A stretch of 64,000 bases of DNA from Gammaproteobacteria bacterium (lineage in GTDB: Bacteria; Pseudomonadota; Gammaproteobacteria; Ga0077536). The translations under genes and the position numbers were made by a program. Under the pieces are notes generated by a model. It was not told the origin of the DNA and made no database searches. It saw only the letters and a list, made by a program, of their open reading frames with translations. Shown piece by piece: positions 32,471 through 42,150 of this stretch. The DNA lies in NCBI GenBank assembly GCA_019747795.1, contig JAIEQK010000011.1, positions 7,737 to 71,736 of the forward strand, in the 5' to 3' direction. Every line of letters starts with the position of its first letter. Positions within the stretch are counted from its first letter, which is position 1.

Positions 32471-33934
32471 GTGATGTCGACCAACGCAGTACCGGCCACT
32501 GTATTGCCCGTGATCCTCGCCGGGGGCGGGGGCACGCGGCTGTGGCCCCTGTCGCGCGGCCACTATCCCAAGCAATTCCTCGCGCTGGGTGGTGAGGAAT
32601 CGCTTCTGCAACAGACGCTTACGAGAGTCGCCGCGCATCCTTCGCTGACCGTCGCCGCGCCGCTCGTGGTGTGCAACGAGGAGCATCGCTTCCTGGTGGC
32701 CGAGCAGGCCCGCCTCGCCGGCGTGGCCTTGGACACGATTCTGCTCGAGCCGGTGGGCCGCAATACCGCCCCGGCGCTGTCCGCCGCCGCGCGCCTCGCG
32801 GTCCGCACCGGTGACGATCCCCTGATCCTGATGATGCCCTCCGACCACCTGATCGCCGACCGCGACGCCTTTCAGCGTGCCGTGTCGGTGGGCGCCACCC
32901 TCGCCGCGCGCGGCGACGTGGTGACCTTCGGCATCGTGCCCACCCGGGCCGAAACCGGCTACGGCTACATCGAACTCGGCGACGAGGAGGCCGGCGAGCA
33001 TCGCCCGGCGGCCTTCGTGGTGCGCGCCTTCAAGGAAAAGCCCGACCAGGACACCGCGCGCCGCTACGTGGATGGCGGCGGCTACCTGTGGAACGCCGGC
33101 ATCTTCATGATGCGCGCCTCCACCTGGCTCGCCCACGCGGAACGCCTCTGCCCCGAGATCACCTCGGCCGCAACCGCTGCCGTGAACGGCGGACGCCAGG
33201 ACGGCGACTTTTTCCGCCTCGACGTCGCGGCCTTCGAGGCCTCGCCGAGCGATTCCATCGACTACGCGGTGATGGAGCCCCTGGGCGCGATCGGCCAGGT
33301 GCGGGTCGTGTCGCTGGATGCCGGCTGGTCCGACGTCGGCTCGTGGGGCAGCCTGTGGGAAGTCTCCCGCCAGGACGGCGACGGCAACGTCACCCGCGGC
33401 GACGTATGCGCGCTCGACTCCCGCGGCAACCTGCTGTTCGCCGAGCATCGCCTGCTCGCGACGCTTGGCTGCGAAGATCTCGTGGTGGTGGAGACCGCCG
33501 ATGCCGTGCTGGTGGCCGACAAGGGCCGCACCCAGGATGTGAAGGCCGTCGTGGACTGGCTCACCCGCCAGAATCGCGACGAACGCCTCGCCCATCGTCG
33601 CGTCTATCGACCGTGGGGCACCTACGAAGGTGTCGATGGCGGCGACCGCTTCCAGGTCAAGCGCATCGTGGTCAAGCCCGGCGCCTCGCTGTCGCTGCAG
33701 ATGCATCACCACCGGGCAGAACACTGGATTGTGGTCAAGGGCACAGCGCGGGTGACGCGGAACGAGGAAGTATTCCTCCTGAGCGAGAACCAGAGCACCT
33801 ACATTCCCCTTGGCGCCACCCATCGCCTGGAGAATCCCGGCGCCATCCCGCTCGAGATCATCGAAGTGCAGTCCGGCCCCTACCTCGGCGAGGACGACAT
33901 CGTGCGGTTCGAGGACAAGTACCGCCGGGCATGA
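32471..33934 (+). CDS. manC: Bifunctional mannose-1-phosphate guanylyltransferase / mannose-6-phosphate isomerase (GDP-mannose pyrophosphorylase).
   Basis: N-terminal nucleotidyltransferase motif 'LPVILAGGGGTRLWPLSRGHYPKQFL'. C-terminal cupin 'VVKPGASLSLQMHHHRAEHWIVVKGTA'. Confidence 0.85.
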   Translation: MMSTNAVPATVLPVILAGGGGTRLWPLSRGHYPKQFLALGGEESLLQQTLTRVAAHPSLTVAAPLVVCNEEHRFLVAEQARLAGVALDTILLEPVGRNTAPALSAAARLAVRTGDDPLILMMPSDHLIADRDAFQRAVSVGATLAARGDVVTFGIVPTRAETGYGYIELGDEEAGEHRPAAFVVRAFKEKPDQDTARRYVDGGGYLWNAGIFMMRASTWLAHAERLCPEITSAATAAVNGGRQDGDFFRLDVAAFEASPSDSIDYAVMEPLGAIGQVRVVSLDAGWSDVGSWGSLWEVSRQDGDGNVTRGDVCALDSRGNLLFAEHRLLATLGCEDLVVVETADAVLVADKGRTQDVKAVVDWLTRQNRDERLAHRRVYRPWGTYEGVDGGDRFQVKRIVVKPGASLSLQMHHHRAEHWIVVKGTARVTRNEEVFLLSENQSTYIPLGATHRLENPGAIPLEIIEVQSGPYLGEDDIVRFEDKYRRA

Positions 33935-34018
33935 GACAGGCTCGCGCCCCTCAATCGGCACGCGCCGCGCTCACCGCGCCCAGAACGCCATAACGACAAT
34001 CACATTCGGGAGAGAGTC

Positions 34019-34597
34019 ATGAACAAGCATTCGCGCCGAGGCCTGCTGGCCCGCACCCTGTTGCTGCTGAGCCTGGTCGCCCCCTGGGTGACGACGTTCG
34101 CCCAGGAAACCAGCGCCGACTACCCGATCAAGCCCGGCGACACCCTCATCGTCAATGTCTGGAAGGAACAGGACCTGACCATGGAAGTGCTGGTGCGCCC
34201 GGACGGCAAGTTCAGCTTCCCGCTCGCCGGCGACATACAGGCCGCGGGCCGTTCCGTCGAGCAGGTGCGCCAGGACGTGGTGGCGAAGATCTCCTCCTAT
34301 ATCCCAGACGTGGTCGCGACCGTGATGGTCAAGATGATCGACGGCAACCGCGCCTACGTGGTTGGCAAGGTCTTGAAACCCGGCCCCATCCTCATGCTCT
34401 CCCAGACCAACGTCATGCAGGCCCTGTCCATGGCCGGCGGCACGGTGCAGTTCGCCGGGCTCAAGAACATCAAGATCCTGCGCGGCCAGGGTGGCGCCCA
34501 GACCGCCATCCCGTTCAACTACGATGAAGTGGAGGACGGGGAGAACCTTGAGCAGAACGTGGTGCTGGAGCCGGGGGATGTGGTGGTGGTGCCGTAA
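34019..34597 (+). CDS. Polysaccharide export protein (Wza/GumB-like Poly_export + SLBB, PEP-CTERM-locus type).
   Basis: Signal peptide. 'PGDTLIVNVWKEQDL...VRPDGKFSFPLAGDIQAAG' export motif. 192 aa. Confidence 0.75.
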   Translation: MNKHSRRGLLARTLLLLSLVAPWVTTFAQETSADYPIKPGDTLIVNVWKEQDLTMEVLVRPDGKFSFPLAGDIQAAGRSVEQVRQDVVAKISSYIPDVVATVMVKMIDGNRAYVVGKVLKPGPILMLSQTNVMQALSMAGGTVQFAGLKNIKILRGQGGAQTAIPFNYDEVEDGENLEQNVVLEPGDVVVVP

Positions 34598-34629
34598 GGC
34601 GCGGCCGCGTGTGGGGGGACGTTTCAACC

Positions 34630-35865
34630 ATGGCTAAACGCTGCATAGTCGCGGGACTGGGGATGGTCGCGCTGTGTGGGCAGGGGGCTCAAGCGGTGGA
34701 CCTTTCATGGGCGCCGCAGCTTAGGGTAGGGACTCGGGCGACGGATAACATCCAATGGACGACCACTGGAAAGGAAGCTGCCCTTGGCTTCGATACTGGA
34801 GGCGGTCTAGCACTCAAAGCCGTCGCTCAGGCGTGGAACTCCGCGGTAAATCCGTCATTTAACTTTCGTAGATTTCTCATTGGTGAGGACATCGACGCAG
34901 ACGAGTACGGGGTAAGGAGCCAGCACCAGTACAAAGTGACAGAACGTGTGCAGACTTCATTGCAGGCCGATTACGTGCGCGATTCGACACTGAGCTCAGA
35001 GCTTACCGACGCCGGGCGGAGGAACGACGTGGCAAACCGCGATACGCTAACTATCGCGCCAGGGGTGAATTACCTCGTCACCGACAGCACGGTCGTGAAC
35101 GCAAGCTACATGTATTCAGACGTTGGATTTGATGCTTCGCTCGATCAGGGATTCGTTGATTACACGTTCCAGCAATGGTCGGCGGGCACCACGCATTTCG
35201 TATCCGGGCGACTGCAGGTTTCTGCGAATTTCTTCGTCACCGATTTCGAAGTTGCCAGCACAAGCAGCGAGACTTGGACCTATGGCGGAATGGTGGGAGC
35301 CACTTACAGTTGGTCTGACAGCTTGTCCACCACGGGGAGCGTGGGTTATCAAACCGCCAGCACAGACTTCGTCGAACAGATTCTGACCGTAGTACCGGGA
35401 ACCAATCCGCCCCAGATTGTGGTCGTGGAGCAGCCCGCCAACTCGAAGTCGAGTGGCCCGATTGCCAACTTCGGTATCAGGAAGCGCTTCGCGAACATGC
35501 GGGCAGAGTTCAACTATGCGCGGCGCGTGAGCCCCAGTGCTCGCGGCGCTCAGACGCTAGAGGACGACATCATGTTGAATATCGACTATGACGTCTCTGA
35601 GCGCTGGGGTCTCGGGTTTCGCGGGGGCTATAACCTGCGTAGTGCCCAGGCCGAAGAACTCGGAGGCGCAATTCGAGACCTGAACAGAAATCAGGGTTCT
35701 CTGGGCGGATCCGTGACATATAAGGCGAGCGAAGAGATTTCGTTTCGCGGCGAGTATCGCTTTACGCGCCAGACGCTTGCCGAGACTGATGAGCGGGTCT
35801 ATGTCCACGCGATGTTCGTCTCGATGATTTTCAATGGCGCACCTCATTTCCACAATGTCTTTTAG
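34630..35865 (+). CDS. Putative outer-membrane beta-barrel protein associated with the exosortase EPS locus.
   Basis: Signal peptide MAKRCIVAGLGMVALCGQGAQA. Alternating-hydrophobicity strands rich in Tyr/Thr/Ser/Asn. C-terminal aromatic 'HNVF'. Markedly lower GC than neighbouring genes. Confidence 0.45.
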   Translation: MAKRCIVAGLGMVALCGQGAQAVDLSWAPQLRVGTRATDNIQWTTTGKEAALGFDTGGGLALKAVAQAWNSAVNPSFNFRRFLIGEDIDADEYGVRSQHQYKVTERVQTSLQADYVRDSTLSSELTDAGRRNDVANRDTLTIAPGVNYLVTDSTVVNASYMYSDVGFDASLDQGFVDYTFQQWSAGTTHFVSGRLQVSANFFVTDFEVASTSSETWTYGGMVGATYSWSDSLSTTGSVGYQTASTDFVEQILTVVPGTNPPQIVVVEQPANSKSSGPIANFGIRKRFANMRAEFNYARRVSPSARGAQTLEDDIMLNIDYDVSERWGLGFRGGYNLRSAQAEELGGAIRDLNRNQGSLGGSVTYKASEEISFRGEYRFTRQTLAETDERVYVHAMFVSMIFNGAPHFHNVF

Positions 35866-36110
35866 ATATTCCATGGACGGGCGTGAAAACGGTAGGAAAC
35901 GATGGAGAAAGAAATCAAGTTCGCTCTGTACTGTGGACCGGCGAGCATGCGCCAAACGTGTCTTGTGAGAGATTCATCTTGCGGCCCGAGTTGACGTGCG
36001 TTGATCCGCCTTTTGTCGACTTAGCCACAAATCTTGTGGTGTCTGCGGCGCTTCAATAACAAAGGTTCCCCAAAACCAATTCCCTATGGAACTTCTCAAT
36101 AGGTCCAAAC

Positions 36111-37856
36111 ATGGATGAAACGTCATCGTTCAACCTCAACGTGACGGAAGTGCTGAAGCGGCGACTTCCTATCGCATCGGTCGTGCTCGCCACACTGCTT
36201 TTCCTGACAATCGCCGCCGCGCTTGGTCTTCCATCGGTCTATACCTCCCGTGCCGTTATCCTAATTGAACAGCAGGAGATCCCCCAGGACCTTGTGCGTT
36301 CAATGGTCACTAGCTTCGCTGACCAGCGCATTCAGGTCATTTCTCAGCGTGTGCTAACGAATTCGAACCTTAGTTCGATCATCGAGAAATACGATCTATA
36401 CACTAATGACCGCGGTTCCAAGCCTCTCGAGACAGTGATAGAGACTATGCGCGAGGACATCGCGGTGACGCCGATAAGTGCGGACGTGGTCGATCCTAAG
36501 CAGGGACGCGCAGTTCAGGCCACCATCGCATTTGATCTTTCCTATCAGAGCGAGCGAGCGGAGACCGCGCAAAGGGTGGCAAACGAACTGGTCAGCCTGT
36601 TTCTAAACGAGAATCTCCGGCAGCGTCAGGAAACTTCCACGCAAACGGTGAATTTCCTGGCAGAGGAGAGCGAGAAACTGGGGCGGCAGGTCTCGGAAGT
36701 GGAGCAGAAGTTGGCGACGTTCAAGGAGCGTAACTATGACCAATTGCCCGAGATGCAGAGCATCAACATTGAGATGCGGAATCGCATGGAGGCTGACGTA
36801 CGCCAACTCGATACGCAAATCTCTTCGCTCGAGCAGCAGAGGGTGTATCTAGAATCGGAGCTCGCACAGCAGCAGCCTAATTCACTGCTGTACTCTGCGT
36901 CTGGCGAACGAGTCCTGAGCGCTGCGGATCGACTTAAGGTTGCTGAATCTGATTTCGCCCAACTGAGTGCCCGTTACGGCCCCAATCACCCGGACGTAGT
37001 GGCCCGTCGCAAGGAAATTGAAGCGCTGCGCAGCGAGGTGGCTGGCAGCGGTGACGGCTCTGAACTCGCGATTCGGCTTAAGGATGCTCGCGCCTCGCTG
37101 GCCGCAGCCCGTGAGAAGTATTCGGCCGACCACCCAGACATCAAGCGAATCGCACGCGAGATTTCGAACCTGGAGGAGCAACTGGCGAGAGCCAACACGG
37201 CAGCCCCGGCTCCGGTGCTCAATGTACTGCCTGACAATCCTGCGTATATCCAACTCAAGGCGCGTTTAGAGGCCACAGATTCAGATATTCGGTCCTGGCG
37301 AGCCCAGCGCGCTGACCTGCGCGCGAGGATTAGTGGACTAGAGGCAGGGCAGTCACGTGCTCCTGAAGTCGAGAGAGAGTACAGAAAACTCATGCGCGAT
37401 TACGAGGTGGCGCAGAGTAAGTATCAAGAGGTACTCGCTAAGCGACAGGAAGCCGAACTCTCTAGCAATCTTGAGAGCGAAAAGCAGGGCGAGCGCTTCA
37501 CGCTTATCGAGCCACCCGTGGTGCCGCAGAAACCGTCTAAACCCAACCGTGTGGCTATCGGTGCCCTTGGCAGTGTCCTAGCTTTCGTAGGTGGTATCGG
37601 CTCGGGGGCGCTCGTGGAGATGCTCGACCACCGAATCTACGGGCGTGCCGCAATTCAGCGCTTGTTGGGCGTGCCGCCTCTGGCGGTTGTCCCGAACATC
37701 AAGTCCGATGCCTCCCTTCGCAAGCGCAGACTCAACTGGATGCTTGCAATAGCGGGTGCCATTTTGCTGCTTGCGGTGGCCGCAATCTGCGTCCATCTCT
37801 TTTTTACACCATTGGACGTGCTGTTTTTCGTACTCACCCGCAAGCTTGGCTTCTGA
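36111..37856 (+). CDS. Polysaccharide chain-length determinant (Wzz/GumC-like PCP, EpsF type).
   Basis: N-terminal TM (VVLATLLFLTIAAALGL). Long periplasmic coiled-coil region. Second TM near the C-terminus (LAIAGAILLLAVAAICV). Confidence 0.7.
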   Translation: MDETSSFNLNVTEVLKRRLPIASVVLATLLFLTIAAALGLPSVYTSRAVILIEQQEIPQDLVRSMVTSFADQRIQVISQRVLTNSNLSSIIEKYDLYTNDRGSKPLETVIETMREDIAVTPISADVVDPKQGRAVQATIAFDLSYQSERAETAQRVANELVSLFLNENLRQRQETSTQTVNFLAEESEKLGRQVSEVEQKLATFKERNYDQLPEMQSINIEMRNRMEADVRQLDTQISSLEQQRVYLESELAQQQPNSLLYSASGERVLSAADRLKVAESDFAQLSARYGPNHPDVVARRKEIEALRSEVAGSGDGSELAIRLKDARASLAAAREKYSADHPDIKRIAREISNLEEQLARANTAAPAPVLNVLPDNPAYIQLKARLEATDSDIRSWRAQRADLRARISGLEAGQSRAPEVEREYRKLMRDYEVAQSKYQEVLAKRQEAELSSNLESEKQGERFTLIEPPVVPQKPSKPNRVAIGALGSVLAFVGGIGSGALVEMLDHRIYGRAAIQRLLGVPPLAVVPNIKSDASLRKRRLNWMLAIAGAILLLAVAAICVHLFFTPLDVLFFVLTRKLGF

Positions 37857-37885
37857 GCCTCTTTCGAATCAATGGGATTTTTGCA

Positions 37886-38689
37886 ATGGAAAGAATCAAG
37901 CAGGCTCTAGACAAGGCGCGTCTCGAACGCACCAATGAGGTCTCACCGCCACGAGTTGCTTCTGTAGGGGGGGCGCAGGCGTCAGTTACTGCGATTCAGT
38001 ACTCTGAAACACAGGTGCAAATGCTGAATCCGGACGTACTGCGGGAGCACCGCGTGATTTGCGGCTCAGACGATGCCGGTGGCCTTACCGCGTACAAGAT
38101 GCTTCGAACGCAGGTCATGCAGCGCATGGCGGCGAAGGGTTTGAACGCCATTGCGATCACTAGTCCAGCGCCAGGAGACGGCAAGACACTGACTGCGATT
38201 AACCTCGCTATCAATCTCGCTCGAGAAGTTCATCAAACGGTGTTGCTGGTGGACATGGACCTGCGTAATCCATCTATCCATCGTTATTTCGGTCTCAAGG
38301 TTTCAAAGGGCATAGGTGACCTGCTGCTTCACGGCGCGCCGATGGGCGAGGTGCTAATCAATCCCGGCATAGAACGACTCGTAGTGTTGCCAGGCAGCGG
38401 ACCAGTTTCCAATTCGTCGGAACTGCTTTCGTCGCCGGCGGTAGGCGCCATGGTGCACGAACTTAAGGCGCGCTATCCCTCGCGCATTGTGGTGTTCGAT
38501 TTGCCACCCTTGCTTGCGGGAGACGACGCGTTGGCCTTCGCTCCCTATGTGGACACTTTCCTGATCGTCTTGCGGGAAGGGAAGACCACACGAGACGAAA
38601 TCCAGCACTCGTTCGAAATGCTCAAAGACGCCGATATTCTTGGGACCGTGTTGAATGCTTCTGAAGACAGAGTAGCCACTTATTACTGA
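37886..38689 (+). CDS. Chain-length-determinant-associated tyrosine-kinase-like P-loop ATPase (BY-kinase/EpsG type).
   Basis: Walker A 'ITSPAPGDGKTLTAINLAINLA'. Walker A' 'VLLVDMDLRNP'. Walker B 'IVVFDLPP'. Confidence 0.7.
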   Translation: MERIKQALDKARLERTNEVSPPRVASVGGAQASVTAIQYSETQVQMLNPDVLREHRVICGSDDAGGLTAYKMLRTQVMQRMAAKGLNAIAITSPAPGDGKTLTAINLAINLAREVHQTVLLVDMDLRNPSIHRYFGLKVSKGIGDLLLHGAPMGEVLINPGIERLVVLPGSGPVSNSSELLSSPAVGAMVHELKARYPSRIVVFDLPPLLAGDDALAFAPYVDTFLIVLREGKTTRDEIQHSFEMLKDADILGTVLNASEDRVATYY

Positions 38690-38697
38690 GTAGCATC

Positions 38698-39546
38698 ATG
38701 TACGAACGGCATTTCGGGTTTCGTGAACAACCCTTCTCGCTCACGCCCGACCCAGGCTATCTGTACCGTAGCAACAAGCACGCCTTGGCATACGCAATGC
38801 TCGAGTATGGAATTAACGGCAATTTTCCGTTGATACTCATTACGGGAGGAATCGGCACCGGCAAGACGACACTCATACGGCATCTGATCGACAACCTTCA
38901 GCATGAGGCGACGATAGGTCTCGTCACGCAGACGCATGGTGGATTCGGTGTTCTTCAGCAGTGGGTTAACTGGGCGTTCGGTCTCGAGCATGACCGACTG
39001 GACAAGGTCTCGCTATATCGCCATTTCGTCGATTTTATTGTGAGCGAATTTCGATCGGGGCGTCGAACCATTCTAGTCGTGGACGAAGCTCAGAATATGG
39101 ACGCACAGACTCTTGAAGAATTGCGACTGCTGACCAACATCAATGCTGACAAGAATCTGGTGTTGCAGATTGTTCTCGTGGGTCAATCAGAGCTCAGAGA
39201 AGTGCTAACGCGGCCCGGATTGGAACAGTTCGTCCAGCGCATTGGTTCAGACTTCCATTTGGACGCTCTTTCCAGAGACGAGACCTGCGCTTTCATCCGG
39301 CACCGCGTGGCGGTGGCCGGCGCGACGCGCAATCCTTTCGCGAGCGACGCGATGCTCGCGATTCACCACCATGCCGGCGGCGTGCCGCGCATGATTAATG
39401 GTATCTGCGACGCGTCTTTGGTGTACGGTTACGCTGAGGGACGCAGGCGCATCCGCGCCGAACTGGTGGAGCGGATGCTCGACGACCGGCGACGGCGTGG
39501 GCTGTTCGGTGCCGGCCGCGACACCACGCCGATCCCGGCGGCATAA
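38698..39546 (+). CDS. ExeA-like AAA ATPase of PEP-CTERM/exosortase loci.
   Basis: 'FGFREQPFSLTPDPGYLY' N-terminus. Walker A 'ITGGIGTGKTTLIRHL'. Walker B 'ILVVDEAQNM'. Confidence 0.7.
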   Translation: MYERHFGFREQPFSLTPDPGYLYRSNKHALAYAMLEYGINGNFPLILITGGIGTGKTTLIRHLIDNLQHEATIGLVTQTHGGFGVLQQWVNWAFGLEHDRLDKVSLYRHFVDFIVSEFRSGRRTILVVDEAQNMDAQTLEELRLLTNINADKNLVLQIVLVGQSELREVLTRPGLEQFVQRIGSDFHLDALSRDETCAFIRHRVAVAGATRNPFASDAMLAIHHHAGGVPRMINGICDASLVYGYAEGRRRIRAELVERMLDDRRRRGLFGAGRDTTPIPAA

Positions 39547-39572
39547 CGTGTCTTGAATATCGGATAATCAGC

Positions 39573-40700
39573 ATGTCACCCAAGCGCATTCATCTCTGCA
39601 TCGTCGCCGGCGCCCGTCCCAATTTCATGAAGATCGCGCCCATCATCCGCGCAGTCGAGCGCCAAGCCGAGGTCTTCGACTACCGCCTGGTACACACTGG
39701 ACAGCACTACGATCGCGATATGAGCGACGTGTTCTTCGAAGAACTCGAGATCCCCAAGCCTCATTATCACCTGGACGTCGGCAGCGGCAGCCACGCGGTA
39801 CAGACCGCTAAGATCATGATGCGCTTCGAGGAGGTTTGTCTTGAGGCGCGCCCCGACGTGGTGCTGGTGGTGGGCGATGTGAATTCGACGCTGGCCTGTT
39901 CGATCGTCGCCAAGAAACTCGGCATCGCCGTGGCGCATGTCGAGGCAGGGCTGCGTAGTGGTGACATGGCAATGCCGGAGGAGGTCAACCGCATGGTGAC
40001 CGACGCGATCTCCGATTTCTTTTTCGTCACTGAGCAGAGCGGGGTGAGCAACCTCGAGCGCGAGGGCCATGCCGCAGCTAGCATCCACTTCGTCGGCCAC
40101 GTCATGATCGACAATCTGTTCCATCAGCTCGACAAGCTCGCGCACATGGACACGGGCGCCTTTCCGACCGCGGACTTCAAGCGTCGGCATGTGCGTTACG
40201 GCGTCGTGACCCTGCATCGGCCATCGAACGTCGATGACCCGGCCGCCCTCGCCGGCATCGTCGCGGGGCTGACCGCCATCGCGGCGGAGCTGCCCCTGAT
40301 CTTCCCAATACACCCGCGCACCCAGGCGCGCATTCGCGAGTTCGGTCTTGAGCTTCCGGCCGCCGTGGAGATGGTCACGCCGCTGCCGTTCATGGAGTTC
40401 CTCAATCTATGGAAGGACGCGAGTTGCGTACTCACCGACAGCGGCGGTCTGCAGGAAGAGACCACTGCGGTCGGCGTGCCCTGCCTGACGCTGCGTGCCA
40501 ACACCGAGCGGCCGGTGACTCTGGACGAAGGCAGCAACCAGTTGGTAGGCAACGATCCGGCGCGCATGATCGCCGCCGCCCGGGCAGCGCTGGCGAGCGG
40601 TCGCTCCGACAGCTTCCGGCGTCCCGCTCTGTGGGACGGTCAGGCGGCCGAACGCATCGTCTCGATCCTAGAGCGCGAACTGACTAAGGGCGGCGTCTGA
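39573..40700 (+). CDS. wecB: UDP-N-acetylglucosamine 2-epimerase (non-hydrolysing).
   Basis: 'IHLCIVAGARPNFMKIAPIIRAV', 'DSGGLQEETTAVGVPCLTLRANTERP'. 375 aa. Confidence 0.85.
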   Translation: MSPKRIHLCIVAGARPNFMKIAPIIRAVERQAEVFDYRLVHTGQHYDRDMSDVFFEELEIPKPHYHLDVGSGSHAVQTAKIMMRFEEVCLEARPDVVLVVGDVNSTLACSIVAKKLGIAVAHVEAGLRSGDMAMPEEVNRMVTDAISDFFFVTEQSGVSNLEREGHAAASIHFVGHVMIDNLFHQLDKLAHMDTGAFPTADFKRRHVRYGVVTLHRPSNVDDPAALAGIVAGLTAIAAELPLIFPIHPRTQARIREFGLELPAAVEMVTPLPFMEFLNLWKDASCVLTDSGGLQEETTAVGVPCLTLRANTERPVTLDEGSNQLVGNDPARMIAAARAALASGRSDSFRRPALWDGQAAERIVSILERELTKGGV

Positions 40701-40713
40701 CCCGTCGCCTTCC

Positions 40714-42150
40714 ATGCACTTCGATCTGCTCAACATTGCGCTCGCCGTCCTGCTACTAGGCGGGCTGGTCGCGATTTTCACCCGGCCAGCCAACGCCATC
40801 TACGCTTACCTTATTGTGTTGTTTTTTTTTCCGAACGTGAGCTGGGGCGTGGCGGCGGGTGTCGAAGCGATGAATCTCTATCATCGCGGCACGGGATATT
40901 TCTATTTCTCCATCGTTAATCTCTATCTGTACGGACTGGTCGTCCTCGGCATCTACCTGTGGGGGCGGCATAACCCCGCGGTGGACGCCTGCAACATCCG
41001 CAAGTATTTTCTGTTCCTGCTGATGCTGTTCATGGTGCAGGTTCTGATCGGAACGATGGAAAACGTGCCGATAACGAAGATCCTTTCGGTGCGCGGCACG
41101 ATCAACACCGTGAATCTGGGTCTGTTCACCATGGTGCTCATCCGCGCCATCAACAGCCCTCGAGAAGTTCAGCGCCTCGCCTCGCTTATCCTGATGTGCG
41201 CCACGGTGCGCGGCATCTTCGGCATGGGCCGCTACCTGTTCTTTGGCGGCGACATCGCCAACGTCTACGACAATGTGCAGAAGCTCGGCATCAAGCTGAC
41301 CTTCTTCGATATCAACGACGGCCTGGTCGCCTGTCTGGCCGCGTTCATCGCCGCATGGCGTCTGTTCGACAAAGCCGTGTCGGCGTCGCGTAAGCCCTTG
41401 TACCTGGCGCTCGTGCTGCTCGAGATCGCGATCGTCGCGCTGTCCTATCGCCGCACGGGTTGGGGTGGCCTGGCGCTGGCGGCGGTGCTGTTCTGCTTCA
41501 TGCAGCCTGTGCGATTGCGGATTGCGCTGCTCGCCGGCGGCGTGGGCCTCGGCGGTCTCGGCCTCACTGCACTGATTGCAAGGCGGTTTGCCAAGCTGAG
41601 CCACGGCAAGGACGTCGGCGGCATGCTTTTCTACGACATAAAGGGCGTGAAGGACGGTCGCTTTGCCGAGCTCTACCAGGCTTTCCAAACGGTCGCCGAG
41701 CACCCGGTGTTCGGCGTAGGTCCCTGGGGTGGTTATGGTCCTGGGCCCGTGCAGCGAGAATTCATGCACAGCGGGTTCCTGCATATGTGGCTGAAGAGCG
41801 GGCTGGTCGGGCTGCTGCCCTTCATACTGATGTTCCTGGCATTCGCCTGGTTCGGCTGGTCCAGGCGGCGAGACGTGCCCTGGAGCCACCGAGACACTTT
41901 CGGCGCCGGAATGGCGGGCATCCTGTTCATGGTTCCGACGCTGTTCACTGGCACGCCGATCATTGAGTACCGCACCATGCAGATCATGGCGCTGTGCATG
42001 GCGCTGCCCTACCTGACCTACGGCGTTTTTCGCGGCGCCGCCACCACGGCGCAGGTGCAGCGTCTACCCTCCGCTTTTGAAGTCGCGCGACAGAAGCTTA
42101 TAGACGCCGAGCGGGGGCACGGCACTGGTCTCGCGACGAGACCGCTATGA
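40714..42150 (+). CDS. O-antigen-ligase/Wzy-like polymerase family membrane protein (exosortase-associated).
   Basis: ~11 TM helices with a large periplasmic loop (GPWGGYGPGPVQREFMHSGFLHMWLKSG). 478 aa. Confidence 0.6.
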   Translation: MHFDLLNIALAVLLLGGLVAIFTRPANAIYAYLIVLFFFPNVSWGVAAGVEAMNLYHRGTGYFYFSIVNLYLYGLVVLGIYLWGRHNPAVDACNIRKYFLFLLMLFMVQVLIGTMENVPITKILSVRGTINTVNLGLFTMVLIRAINSPREVQRLASLILMCATVRGIFGMGRYLFFGGDIANVYDNVQKLGIKLTFFDINDGLVACLAAFIAAWRLFDKAVSASRKPLYLALVLLEIAIVALSYRRTGWGGLALAAVLFCFMQPVRLRIALLAGGVGLGGLGLTALIARRFAKLSHGKDVGGMLFYDIKGVKDGRFAELYQAFQTVAEHPVFGVGPWGGYGPGPVQREFMHSGFLHMWLKSGLVGLLPFILMFLAFAWFGWSRRRDVPWSHRDTFGAGMAGILFMVPTLFTGTPIIEYRTMQIMALCMALPYLTYGVFRGAATTAQVQRLPSAFEVARQKLIDAERGHGTGLATRPL

